Source: a virus (Duplodnaviria > Caudoviricetes). From it: a stretch of 64,000 nt of DNA. The notes below the pieces were generated by a model. That model was given only the letters and a program-made list of their open reading frames with translations, ran no database searches and had not been told where the DNA came from. The stretch spans positions 64,001 to 128,000 of IMG/VR virus record IMGVR_UViG_2839026242_000001; one strand, given 5' to 3'. Position numbers and translations under genes: made by a program. Below are positions 63,718-64,000 of this stretch, piece by piece; positions within the stretch are counted from its first letter, which is position 1, and every line of letters starts with the position of its first letter.

Positions 63718-64000
63718 ATTTTTATGGATTATAAAATTAAATGCCCTTGTTGTAATGAAAATTTAGTTGTATCGCTACAAGATACAACCATTTTTATTTC
63801 TTCTGCTGGTGATAATTCATCAGATATTGAAGTTAGTGAAATACTTTCTGGTATGAATATTGAATTTGGTTGATCCTTCTAGACATAGAAAGGTGGTGAG
63901 AAGAAATAATGGGTGATACTGTTAAACTTTATAGCAATCAAGTTGTGCTTCTGAGTGAAGACAATGATGATAATGATAGCATAGATGCAAAATTTATTAT

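Larger units (their letters stand above)
1..64000. mobile_element. Segment of an SPbeta-like large temperate phage/prophage
   Basis: YonO-like RNA polymerase, HU, terminase and portal in SPbeta order; YopQ/YopR-like and AimR/AimP-like genes; dense small hypothetical ORFs; no host housekeeping operons. Confidence 0.93.

Overview
The window is a ~64-kb segment of a large, AT-rich SPbeta-like temperate phage or prophage of a spore-forming Bacillales host; the host genus cannot be fixed from this sequence. Left to right: (1) 0.7-4.2 kb, an agr-type peptide-signalling cassette (membrane protein, AgrB, an unlisted 42-aa AgrD, two LytTR proteins, a GHKL kinase lacking its phospho-His). (2) 4.3-10.1 kb, an SPbeta-type lysogeny module (YopR/MrpR-like, YopQ-like) with an AimR-like receptor, an unlisted 37-aa AimP-like propeptide ending in DDGERG and a candidate operator. 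(3) 10.3-31 kb, dozens of small minus-strand genes, most separated by one copy of an 18-bp palindrome ATNAAA-N6-TTTNAT between the stop codon and the next RBS. This looks like an integron-like cassette array and is the most novel signal. The region also holds an IS200/IS605 insertion, AbrB, an orphan MazF and two tRNAs. (4) 31-46 kb, an early region of repeated promoter-RBS-gene-terminator modules ending in a yonT/yoyJ/SR6-like type I TA locus. (5) 46-52 kb, a DnaA-box cluster, a primase-like protein, RecD2 and a YopP-like tyrosine recombinase. (6) 52-64 kb, the plus-strand operon with YonO RNA polymerase, HU, PIN-PhoH, a phosphoesterase, terminase and portal. All homology calls come from recognising motifs by eye; no searches were run.
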